From: Planctomycetota bacterium
Lineage (GTDB): Bacteria > Planctomycetota > Planctomycetia > Pirellulales > Lacipirellulaceae
Direction: 5' to 3'
NCBI GenBank assembly: GCA_039190745.1
Contig: JBCCXZ010000040.1
Location: 1 to 34,890 of the forward strand
DNA length: 34,890 bases
Position 1 is the stretch's first letter; each line of letters starts with the position of its first letter. Position numbers and translations under genes: made by a program. A model generated the notes under the pieces. The model ran no database searches and had not been told where the DNA came from. It saw nothing but the letters and a program-made list of their open reading frames with translations. Shown here in pieces: positions 10,533 to 19,228 of this stretch.

Positions 10533-11768
10533 TCAGAAGACCGGCTTGAGGTTCTTCAGCCGCGATTCGGTCTCGGCCATCAGTGCGTCCTCGGCGGCTT
10601 CGTCGGCGGCCTCGTAGGTGACGCTGAAACGGAGGTAGGCGCCGGCGTCGTCCCAGGGGACGGTGCAGATCGACTGTTCGGTGATCAGGAACTGGCTGGC
10701 CGCCTCGGCGTTGTCGAACGTCGGCCCGCCCTCCAGGCCCTTGGGTGCGGGCGTGTAGAGGAAGTAGGTTCCGCCGGGCATCTCGCAGGCGAAGCCGCAA
10801 CGCTGGAGCACGCCGACGAGCTTCTCCATCCGCCGGCGGTACTTCTCGCGGATGGCGCGGGGGATTTCGGGGTCGTCGAGCGCGGCGATGGCGGCCTTCT
10901 TGATCGCCAGGAACTGGCCGGAGTCCGTGTTGTCTTTGACGTAGCCGAAGGCCGCGACGAGCCGCTCGTGGCCGCAGACCCAGCCCATCCGCCAGCCGAT
11001 CATGTCGAAGCCCTTAGAGAACGAGTGGGTCTCGACGCCGACGTCCATCGCCCCCGGCGTGGAGAGGAAACTGCTCGGCGGTTGGTCGAACGAGAGCTGG
11101 GCGTGCGCCGCGTCTTGCAACACGACGAGCTTGTGCTGCTTGGCGTAGGCGACCACCTTCTCGTAGAACCCCGGCGGCGGGGTCAGGCCGGTGGGGCTGT
11201 TGGGGAAGCAGAGCACCAGCAGCTTCGCCTTGTCGAGGACGTCGGCGGGGACGCCGTCGAGGTCGGGGAGGAAGCCGTTCTCGGCCAGCAGCGGCAGCTT
11301 GTAGACGACGCCGCCGTAGAAGGCGGTGTGCGTGCCGGCGATGGGGTAGCCGGGCACGCACATCAGGGTGATGTCGCCCGGGTTGATGAGCGCGGCCGGC
11401 AGCATGGCGAGCGCCGGCTTCGAGCCGATCGAGGGGTTAACCTGCGTGGCCGGGTCGAGCGTCACGCCGTACTCGCGCTGCATGAAGCGTGCGACCGCCT
11501 CGCGGAACTCGGGCGAGCCGTTGTCGCTGTAGCCGCGGTTCTCCGGCTTGTGGATCTCCTCGGCCATGGCGGCGCGGACGGCCTCGGGGGCGACGCCGTC
11601 GTTCTCGCCGATGCCGAAGTCGAGCAGCTTCCGCTCGGGGTGCTCGGCGAGGGCCTTGCGCTTGGCGCGCTTGATCTTCTCGAACTTGTAGACCGAGGCT
11701 CCCTTGCCAAACTGGGCGCCGCCGATGCGTTCGGCAAAGAGGGACTGGAAGTAGGGGTCGTCGGGCAC
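10533..11768 (-). CDS. dapL: LL-diaminopimelate aminotransferase
   Basis: FAERIGG..FGK...YKFEKIKRAK N-terminus, FPNSPTG, DAAH, SFSKGFDMIGWRMG (PLP lysine), DNTDSGQF. Confidence 0.85.
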   Translation of the reverse strand: MPDDPYFQSLFAERIGGAQFGKGASVYKFEKIKRAKRKALAEHPERKLLDFGIGENDGVAPEAVRAAMAEEIHKPENRGYSDNGSPEFREAVARFMQREYGVTLDPATQVNPSIGSKPALAMLPAALINPGDITLMCVPGYPIAGTHTAFYGGVVYKLPLLAENGFLPDLDGVPADVLDKAKLLVLCFPNSPTGLTPPPGFYEKVVAYAKQHKLVVLQDAAHAQLSFDQPPSSFLSTPGAMDVGVETHSFSKGFDMIGWRMGWVCGHERLVAAFGYVKDNTDSGQFLAIKKAAIAALDDPEIPRAIREKYRRRMEKLVGVLQRCGFACEMPGGTYFLYTPAPKGLEGGPTFDNAEAASQFLITEQSICTVPWDDAGAYLRFSVTYEAADEAAEDALMAETESRLKNLKPVF

Positions 11769-11861
11769 GGGGGTTCCCTAGCTGGGTTCCTGCTTTGTTT
11801 GGAGTTCCACAGGCTAGCCAAGAAAGTAACACCCGGCAACGGGAGGTACAAACGTGCTGCA

Positions 11862-14372
11862 TCACCAGTTGATATCGCAGTCTGGCAGGGCCTCTTTAAG
11901 AGCAGCGGCACTTTCGTCGCTCACCTGCGTGCCGCTCAGTTCTAACGCTTTGAGACCGGCGAGGCCCGCAAGTGGCGAGACGTCACTCACCTGCGTGCCG
12001 TTCAGATATAGCGCTTGGAGACTGGCGAGACCCGTAAGCGGCGAGACGTCGCTCACCTGAGTGCCCTCCAGATTTAGCGATTCGAGATCGGAGAGACCCA
12101 AGAGTGGCGAGACGTCGCTCACCTGCGTGCCGTCCAGATCTAGCCATAGGAGACCGGCGAGACCCAAGAGCGGCGAGACATCGCTCACCTGTGTGCCCTC
12201 CAGATTTAGCACATAGAGACCGGCGAGACCCGTAAGCGGCGAGACGTCGCTCACCTGCGTGCCGCGCAGATGTAGCAATTGGAGACCGGCAAGACCCGAG
12301 AGCGGCGAGATGTCGCGCACCTGTGTGCCGCCCAAAAACAGCGCTTGGAGACCGGCGAGACCCGTAAGCGGCGAGACGTCGCTCACCTGCGTGCCGTCCA
12401 GATCTAGCGTCTTGAGACCGGTGAGCCCCGCAAGCGGCGAGACGTCGCTCACCTGCGTGCCGAGCAGATATAGCTCTTGGAGACCGGCGAGCCCCGCAAG
12501 CGGTGAGACATCGCTCACCTGCGTGCCGCGCAGCTCTAGCGTTTGGAGACCGGCGAGCCCCGCAAGCGGCGAGACGTCGCTCACCTGCGTGCCGTCCAGA
12601 TCTAGCTTTTGGAGACCGGTTAGCCACGCAAGCGGGGGGAGTCTGCCTTCATCCAAGTCGCTATCTGACAGCGCCAGATTCTGCAACTCTTCGTAGTCGT
12701 TTGCGGTGAGGGCTTCTGCGGGCTTGCGGAGTCGCCGGGCGATCGCATCACGGAGCCGCGGGTGGAAGCCGGAAGCTGGAGACTGCTGGGGGCCGCCGGC
12801 GGCAACCGGGGCGCTGGCAGCCACGGTCCGCGAGAAGGGAATGCGCATTAACTGCTGCAGGCCGGGATCTCTCAGGATCGCCAAAACCAATGCTGGGTCT
12901 CGGCCTGCCGCCGCCCAATCTTTGACCAACGCGGTCATCTTTGGGGAGGTTTCTTTGGTGTCTTGCTCGAACTCGAGGGCCCCCTTCCCGATTCCCGGGT
13001 TTACCCGCCGGAACGATTGTTTGGACGCGGACTCCCATTCATCAAGCTGCCCGGCGCGTAGTTGGGGCAGCCGCTCGTGATCGGCCTGCTCGTCGCAGAC
13101 GACTTCCGACCAGCGGTCGAACATCTCTAGGTCGCGGTTGCGGCGGAGCCAACTGCCGCTGCCCCGGTAGAAATCGTCGAGTATCTTCGCCGCGAGGAAG
13201 ACTTGGACCCCTTGGGCAAAGCGTGGAGGAGTGCCGCCCTCGCCGTTGACGGGGTCGATCTCAGTCGCGGCCAGGCCGGCCAGAAGCGAGGAGTTCAACA
13301 GCCTCTTCACCTCGCGGGGGTTGTTCTGGGCAAGATCTTGGATGACCTCTTCGATAGCCGACTTATACTCGCCCAGGTTGCCACTCCAAACGCCGTCGTT
13401 GACCCTGTCGATCGCCTCGATCTGCGCCGAGAAGAACCCGCCGACCTGCTGCTCGCTGGGGGCGACGCTCACCTCGACTTGAAAGATCTTGGCAAGGTAC
13501 TCCCGCGACTTGTCGGCGGTGAGCTCCATGTCTTCGTAGTGCTTCTTCACCTGTGAATCGATGACGTCGCGATCGACCCCCACGACGAACACAAGCTTGT
13601 CGATTGCCAGGTAGAGCTTGAGCGCTTCGAGCACCTGGAGGGCGATTTCGGGGAGGCAGCGGTCGAGGTCGTCGATGAACACGACCATCCGCTCGTGCTC
13701 CCCGAGTGTGTTGTGGATCCAGCCCTTCAGGGTGTCTTCGTAGTGGTTGAGGAAGCTCTGCTCTGGGTGGGTTGTCTCCTTGTAGTCGGCGATGATTTTC
13801 TCAAGCGTCTCGAGGCTGAACTCTGCTTCAGCAGCTTGATCGGCCCCAACCTTGATAGTGATGCCCTTGAGGACGTTGAGAAAGCTGCGTCCCAGGAGCT
13901 TGCCAAAGTTCTTGGCCGCGTCGAGCACACGCTGCGGGGTCGCATTCTTGACGTCGATGCTGGCGATGATGACCTCGGCGATCAGGCCGCGCCAGATGTC
14001 GTCCCGGTCGTGGTACTTCCAGGCGTCGAACCAGACGGGGTGGACCGTGTACTTGTCCTTTCCGGGTTCCGGTTTACCCTCCTCTTTCCAGTCTTTCAGC
14101 ATCCCTTCGAGCCACCGCATCGCCGAGGTCTTGCCGGTGCCCCAGCCGCCGTACACCGCGATGGTCATCGGCGTCTCTGTGTTGTGGTGACGCAAGATGT
14201 CGTAGACGGGGCCTAGCCGCTGCGAGAGCTCGAAGCTCTCTTCTTGCCACTTCGTGTCGCTGAGCGCGCCGTCGGTGAGCACGGTCATCCGCGGCGGCTT
14301 GCGCGCAAAGGCCTTGTTCGCTTCTTGGCGGTTCGGCTGGGGCCCGTTGTTGGGCGGCGGTTGGTCGGGCAT
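11862..14372 (-). CDS. KAP-family P-loop NTPase with C-terminal leucine-rich repeat array
   Basis: Walker A YGGWGTGKTS, WFDAWKY, Walker B VFIDDLDRC, YLAKIFQV, NPREVKRLLN; then 11 repeats of 22 aa, LxxLxLxGTQVSDVSPLxGLxG. Confidence 0.9.
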   Translation of the reverse strand: MPDQPPPNNGPQPNRQEANKAFARKPPRMTVLTDGALSDTKWQEESFELSQRLGPVYDILRHHNTETPMTIAVYGGWGTGKTSAMRWLEGMLKDWKEEGKPEPGKDKYTVHPVWFDAWKYHDRDDIWRGLIAEVIIASIDVKNATPQRVLDAAKNFGKLLGRSFLNVLKGITIKVGADQAAEAEFSLETLEKIIADYKETTHPEQSFLNHYEDTLKGWIHNTLGEHERMVVFIDDLDRCLPEIALQVLEALKLYLAIDKLVFVVGVDRDVIDSQVKKHYEDMELTADKSREYLAKIFQVEVSVAPSEQQVGGFFSAQIEAIDRVNDGVWSGNLGEYKSAIEEVIQDLAQNNPREVKRLLNSSLLAGLAATEIDPVNGEGGTPPRFAQGVQVFLAAKILDDFYRGSGSWLRRNRDLEMFDRWSEVVCDEQADHERLPQLRAGQLDEWESASKQSFRRVNPGIGKGALEFEQDTKETSPKMTALVKDWAAAGRDPALVLAILRDPGLQQLMRIPFSRTVAASAPVAAGGPQQSPASGFHPRLRDAIARRLRKPAEALTANDYEELQNLALSDSDLDEGRLPPLAWLTGLQKLDLDGTQVSDVSPLAGLAGLQTLELRGTQVSDVSPLAGLAGLQELYLLGTQVSDVSPLAGLTGLKTLDLDGTQVSDVSPLTGLAGLQALFLGGTQVRDISPLSGLAGLQLLHLRGTQVSDVSPLTGLAGLYVLNLEGTQVSDVSPLLGLAGLLWLDLDGTQVSDVSPLLGLSDLESLNLEGTQVSDVSPLTGLASLQALYLNGTQVSDVSPLAGLAGLKALELSGTQVSDESAAALKEALPDCDINW
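11900..12640 (-). repeat. Coding tandem repeat, 11 x 66 bp (22-aa LRR)
   Basis: GAGACGTCGCTCACCTGCGTGCCG core recurring every 66 bp on the + strand. Confidence 0.95.
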
Positions 14373-14579
14373 TCTAGGGCCTAAAAATCTGCATGCCGGC
14401 TGATGGTTCCGCCGGTCTTTATAGCCGCGCAGCAGTGAAAACGGAGTGGTCCTTTCACATTTTCACATAGGGAGATGAGCGTTGATTATCGATCGCCGAC
14501 AGTTACACTACCCACGCCTAGGAGGGCCCGCACGAAACGCGGGCGGTGTTCTGTGCATACAAGCTGCAAGGGGTTTGAA

Positions 14580-15137
14580 ATGAGTGTTTGGTCTCTGTGG
14601 TTGCCGATCCTGTGTTCGGGGCTCGCGACGCACATCGCGAGCACGCTCGCCTGGATGGTGCTTCCGCACCACAAGCCGGAGTGGACGAAGCTGCCGGAGG
14701 AGGACGGGCTGCTCGACTGGCTGAACTCACGCAACACGCCGGCCGGGCAGTACCTTATGCCGTATCACCTGGACGACGACGGCAAGCCGAGCGCCGAGCA
14801 GGAGCAGAAGGCCCGCGACGGCTGCCGAGGGATGCTGGTGCTGTGGCCGACGCCGCCGAACATGGGCGTGAACATCGGGCTGACGATCGCGTTCTTCATG
14901 GTTGCCGCGTTCACGATCGGCTACCTCGCCAGCCTGGCGTTGCCCGCGGGGGCGCCGTTTATGGAAGTGCTGCAGTTTGTCGGCACGGCCGGCCTGCTGA
15001 CGCACTGCGCGGGGAAGTTCCCCAAGCTGTTCTGGTTCCGCCAGAAGGCGGCGATGGACCTGGTCGACGGCGTCGCGTACGCGGCGATCACGGGGCTGAT
15101 CTTCGCGGCAATGTGGCCGGCCGGTTCGACGCCCTAG
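14580..15137 (+). CDS. Hypothetical multi-pass membrane protein
   Basis: From ATG 14580, MSVWSLWLPIL...AWMVLPHHK; four hydrophobic segments. The upstream extension to 14475 does not look protein-like. Confidence 0.75.
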   Translation: MSVWSLWLPILCSGLATHIASTLAWMVLPHHKPEWTKLPEEDGLLDWLNSRNTPAGQYLMPYHLDDDGKPSAEQEQKARDGCRGMLVLWPTPPNMGVNIGLTIAFFMVAAFTIGYLASLALPAGAPFMEVLQFVGTAGLLTHCAGKFPKLFWFRQKAAMDLVDGVAYAAITGLIFAAMWPAGSTP

Positions 15138-18100
15138 CGGCGGCGCCGGGTAAAGCACGCGGCGAGGCCCGCCATGGCGAAGGCCGCGGCGGTTGGCTCG
15201 GGCACCGCGACCAGCGCGTTCAGCGTGCCGGTGAAGTTCTGCTGCAGCACAAGCAGGTCGGCCAGATCGACGTCGCCGTCGCCGTCGGAATCGCCGTCGA
15301 AGGTCGTGCCGGGTGAACCGAAGTTCGCGTCCCACGTGGCGAGGTCGACCGAGTCGACGTCGCCGTCACGATCGTAGTCGCCCCGGTCGAAGGTCGCGGC
15401 GATCTCGAGCATCACATCGCCAGCGAGGTAGTTGACGTTCCACTCGACGAACTGATCGCCGAGCAAGTCCGGTAACGAGACGGAGCCGAACACCCCCGTC
15501 AGCCCGCCGGTTGCGGACAGGATGTTGAACATGTCGCCCACCAGCGGCGAGTAGCTGTTGCCCAGGTTGAGGGCGAGGACTTCGAGGTCGCCGGCCAGAC
15601 TCGCGGCGCCGCTGATCATCAACTGGTCGTACTCGGTCCCCAGCTGGTCGCCGCCGACTTCGATCTGGAGCACGCCGTCGAGCTGGGTGTAGTCCCCGTC
15701 GAGTTGGGTCTGGTTTGCTCCGCTGCCGGCCTTGAAGAGGCCGCCCTTCTGCGTGAGATCGCCGACCACCATGTCTGTTTCGAGCGTGCCGCTCTGGAAG
15801 TCGAAGGCGCCGCCGGTTTGGACCGTGACCACGTCGGTGTGGATGAGCCCGTCGCTGAGGACCAGCTCGGCTCCGGACGCGACGGTAACCGCCGAGGTGC
15901 CGTCGAGGGCGGCGTTCTGCCCTGCGATGCGGAGCGTACCGCCGAGCACGTTTGTTGGGCCTCGGTACGATCCGTAACCGCTAAACGTGATCGTGCTCGT
16001 GCCCAGCTTGTCGATCCCCTGCGGCTGTTTGAAATCAGAGATGGCTCCGCTGATCTCGTACTGGAGTTCGCTATCGCCGTCGATCGTTAGGTGGTCGTAC
16101 AGGACGACGCCCGAGGAGATCTTGTAGCGGAAGGTGCTCGACGTGGAGCGGGTGGCCTGCAGCCTCAGCTTGGGCGGCGCTCCAGCGAGGCTGTTGACGA
16201 ACATCAGGGGGAGGCCGGAGAATTCGGCGCTGCGGTTCTGAGTGCCGCTGAAATCCCCGGCAAGCCGGAGCTCATTCAGCATAGTTTCCTCAAAACCATC
16301 CCCGGCGCCGCCCGGGACGAAGAACCCGGCCGAGCGTCCCAGGTTGTTGGTGAGCGTGTAGCTGTAGGGGTCGTGCGGCGGGAGGGTAATGGCCAGGTTG
16401 GGGTAAGAATCCCAGACCTGCATTTGGACAATGTTGCTGGGGTTGCCCTCTTCGTGGAAGCCGTCGCTGATCCGCATGTTCAGGCTGAACGACCTGACCT
16501 CGGGCCTGAAGACGAAGGAGTCGAAGCGGTTCACCGTGTCGTTGATCTCGGAGTAGGTCGGCTTCTCGAGTTCCGTCTCCCAGTCGACGAAGGCCTCTTT
16601 GAGCTCCTGGAATACCGCGGGGTATTGGTCTTTAACGTCGACGGTCTCCCCCGACCCGTCGGGGTTGAGCTTGTACAAACCGATCCGGTCACGGAAGCCC
16701 TGCGCGAGCTTGAACTCCCCCTTCGTGACGGCGAAGCGGTTCTCGCCGCCGCGCCAGAACAGGTACTCGTGTACGGCGCCCGTTTGCTGGCCTGTCAGGT
16801 GAGGCCTGAGGTCGACGCCGTCGGTCGGGGTGGTCATTTGGCCGCCCGCGGCTGCAACAAACGTGGGGTACAGGTCCAACGTGCTGACGGACTGGTCGAA
16901 GGTGCCAGGGGCGACGCCGGGCATTTTGATGAAGTACGGCACGCGGATGCCGCCCTCGTAGTTCGTGGCCTTCACGCCTAACAGCGGTCCGTTGTCGTGC
17001 CACACCGACGGGTACCCGGCAGAAAACAAGTCGCCCCGCCCGCCGTTGTCGTTCACGAAAGCGATGATCGTGTTGTCGTACACCGAGTCGCTCTGGTTTC
17101 CGTCCCCGTTGGGGTCTTTCAAAGTGGACACCAGGTTGCCGATTGCGCGGTCTAGGGAGTAGGTGAGCGCGGCGACGTTTTTGCGCTCGCCTGCTAGCGA
17201 GGTCCCGTCGAACTGTGCCAGGTCAGAGGACTTCGCCTCGTGGTAAGGCGAGTGCGGAGCGATGTGCGGTAGGTAGAGGAAGAAAGGGTTTTGCTGCCCG
17301 GCGTTGTTGGCGACGAACTCGCTTGCCTCGTCGCCCAGGGCGTCGGTGAGTTCTCTGCCTTTGACGGGGTCGGGGGCGATGCCGTTGAAGGACGGCTCGT
17401 TCTGCCAGTCGACGATCGTCGTGTTGCGTCGTATCTGGTTCAGGGGTTGCGGCTCGTTGCCGAAGTAGCTGATCGTGCCGCCGGTGAGCATGCCGAAGAA
17501 ATGATCGACCCCCTGATTCTGGGGTTGTTTGTTGATTTCGACACCCTGGTGCCACTTGCCCATCGCCCCGGTCGTGTACCCGAGTTGCTTCATCCGCTCG
17601 GTGAGCATGACTTCGTCGGTCGGCATGCCGTTGAACACCGAGGCGCTGGTCGTATCGATCTGCTGCTCGAAGCCGAAGCGTTGCTGATAGCGGCCTGTGA
17701 GCAGGCCCGCACGGGATTGGGAACACGCGGCTGAGGTTACGTAGCCCCGCTCCATGACGACGCTCTCGGAAGCGAGCTGATCGATGTTGGGGGTCATGAA
17801 CTCTGTGGTCTGCCCCGTCAGCTGGTCCATGAACCCGAAGTCTGCGTAGCCGGCGTCGTCCGCGACGATCAGCACGATATTCGGTTGGCTGTTCGACCAC
17901 GCCATGGGCTGCGACAGGAGCAGTACCGCCGCCGCCCCAAAGCACCCAGCAAACCCTATTCTTTGCGGTGTCCGGAAGGAGAGGCGCGGCTCGCTTCTTC
18001 TGGACGGGCGGCCACGGAGCCCGGCGGTGACGCAGAGCGCTAGGAGGCTGAGCGTAGCGAGGCTAGTGGATTCAGGAACCGCAACCAGCTGAGGCGACTT

Positions 18101-19051
18101 CAGGTGGTCGCGGCGCTGGACCGACAGGAGGTCCGCCAAGTCTGTGTCGCTGTCTCCATCCATGTCCTGATCGCCAAACCGCCAGTTCTCAATCGGAACC
18201 ACGGTGGAGATGGCATCGGAGATGAATTGGCGATCCGGCTCGGTCAAGCCGGAGAAGAACCCGCTCGCTAACGGCACGTCGTACAGTCCAAACAGACTTG
18301 CGGCAAGCGTCGCAGAGGGGATGTACTCGCCCGTGGAATTCAGGTGGACATTGTCCGTGGGGGTGTTGCCGTAGTAGGACGCCAAGGAACCGCTCTGCCG
18401 CATGTAGTCCATGACCTCGCCGACGGGAACCGGACGAACGTCGGCGGTGGTCTGAGAAGCGACGCCCTCGTGCAGCTGCTCGAAGAAGTCGCGGGTCATG
18501 ATCATCCCTGCGTCGGGGTTACTCCCATAGGGGCTGTTCCAATAGCCGCTCCAGCCGCCTGGGTCCGATTCTGCGATATCCTGCCAGGGCCAGGACCAGA
18601 ACAAAAAGACCTCAACGTTCGGGCTCGTTAGTTGGGCGTACTCGATAAGGTCTACGACTGCTTCCGTCTCTTTAGCCAGCGTCGCGCCGCTGCCCCAGTA
18701 AGGCTGGATCACTAGGGTGTCGGTGGGCTGGGCTAAGCTGTTCTGCCAAGACTGCGAAGAGATCGAGAGGTCAAACGGGTTGTCCACGATGTAGCTGGTT
18801 GGCATCCCGAAGCGGATGTGCCAACTAGTGGTGTGACCCGGCGACCATTGCGAGAGGGCCTGCGGACGGGAGTCGACGGTGAGAGAATTGCCGACGTGGA
18901 CGCTGCGAGCGAAGGAAGAGTTGGCGCAGAACGCAAAGCACAAGTTGATTGCGAAAAATAAGAGCAACGCTCTCTGCGGGGCATCAGCGAACCGCTGTGT
19001 GCCCGGAGAACATCTGGGGCTTAATCCTTTAGCATCTTGACGATGGGACAT
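15134..19051 (-). CDS. Fusion protein: SGNH-like domain + internal PEP-CTERM-like signal + sulfatase + autotransporter-like beta region + dockerin-like repeat + PEP-CTERM
   Basis: VGNSLT and DNVHLN (SGNH-like); VPESTSLATLSLLALCVTAGLRGR; PNIVLIVADDAGY, CSQSRAGLLTGRY, GKWHQG, NDNGG, EGGIRVP (sulfatase); GDYDRDGDVD; terminal VPEPTAAAFAMAGLAACFTRRRR. Start at ATG 19051 is a best guess; the frame is open to 19210. Confidence 0.85.
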   Translation of the reverse strand: MSHRQDAKGLSPRCSPGTQRFADAPQRALLLFFAINLCFAFCANSSFARSVHVGNSLTVDSRPQALSQWSPGHTTSWHIRFGMPTSYIVDNPFDLSISSQSWQNSLAQPTDTLVIQPYWGSGATLAKETEAVVDLIEYAQLTSPNVEVFLFWSWPWQDIAESDPGGWSGYWNSPYGSNPDAGMIMTRDFFEQLHEGVASQTTADVRPVPVGEVMDYMRQSGSLASYYGNTPTDNVHLNSTGEYIPSATLAASLFGLYDVPLASGFFSGLTEPDRQFISDAISTVVPIENWRFGDQDMDGDSDTDLADLLSVQRRDHLKSPQLVAVPESTSLATLSLLALCVTAGLRGRPSRRSEPRLSFRTPQRIGFAGCFGAAAVLLLSQPMAWSNSQPNIVLIVADDAGYADFGFMDQLTGQTTEFMTPNIDQLASESVVMERGYVTSAACSQSRAGLLTGRYQQRFGFEQQIDTTSASVFNGMPTDEVMLTERMKQLGYTTGAMGKWHQGVEINKQPQNQGVDHFFGMLTGGTISYFGNEPQPLNQIRRNTTIVDWQNEPSFNGIAPDPVKGRELTDALGDEASEFVANNAGQQNPFFLYLPHIAPHSPYHEAKSSDLAQFDGTSLAGERKNVAALTYSLDRAIGNLVSTLKDPNGDGNQSDSVYDNTIIAFVNDNGGRGDLFSAGYPSVWHDNGPLLGVKATNYEGGIRVPYFIKMPGVAPGTFDQSVSTLDLYPTFVAAAGGQMTTPTDGVDLRPHLTGQQTGAVHEYLFWRGGENRFAVTKGEFKLAQGFRDRIGLYKLNPDGSGETVDVKDQYPAVFQELKEAFVDWETELEKPTYSEINDTVNRFDSFVFRPEVRSFSLNMRISDGFHEEGNPSNIVQMQVWDSYPNLAITLPPHDPYSYTLTNNLGRSAGFFVPGGAGDGFEETMLNELRLAGDFSGTQNRSAEFSGLPLMFVNSLAGAPPKLRLQATRSTSSTFRYKISSGVVLYDHLTIDGDSELQYEISGAISDFKQPQGIDKLGTSTITFSGYGSYRGPTNVLGGTLRIAGQNAALDGTSAVTVASGAELVLSDGLIHTDVVTVQTGGAFDFQSGTLETDMVVGDLTQKGGLFKAGSGANQTQLDGDYTQLDGVLQIEVGGDQLGTEYDQLMISGAASLAGDLEVLALNLGNSYSPLVGDMFNILSATGGLTGVFGSVSLPDLLGDQFVEWNVNYLAGDVMLEIAATFDRGDYDRDGDVDSVDLATWDANFGSPGTTFDGDSDGDGDVDLADLLVLQQNFTGTLNALVAVPEPTAAAFAMAGLAACFTRRRR

Positions 19052-19228
19052 CGGACGATCCTGCTGCGTGCGCGCCGGGTAAGATGATGGGGAAAAACGG
19101 CGGAATGATGAATTCTCCAGGCTATAAAACACCGGGCGAGATGGCAAAACAAATCGCAGAAACTTCACACAGAGATGCGGACCCGATGGAGAATCCGGCC
19201 GAAAAGCCACAATCGGACTAGTTTTCGG

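Noticed and set aside
11930..12615. Diversity-generating retroelement target
   Set aside because: No reverse transcriptase or template repeat in the window, and some variants (GAG/GAA among NNT or NNC codons) do not fit adenine-only mutagenesis from one template.
11900..12640. CRISPR-like pattern of a constant block alternating with a variable block
   Set aside because: The period is exactly 66 bp, in frame in an LRR ORF; variable blocks are short and related to each other; no cas genes.
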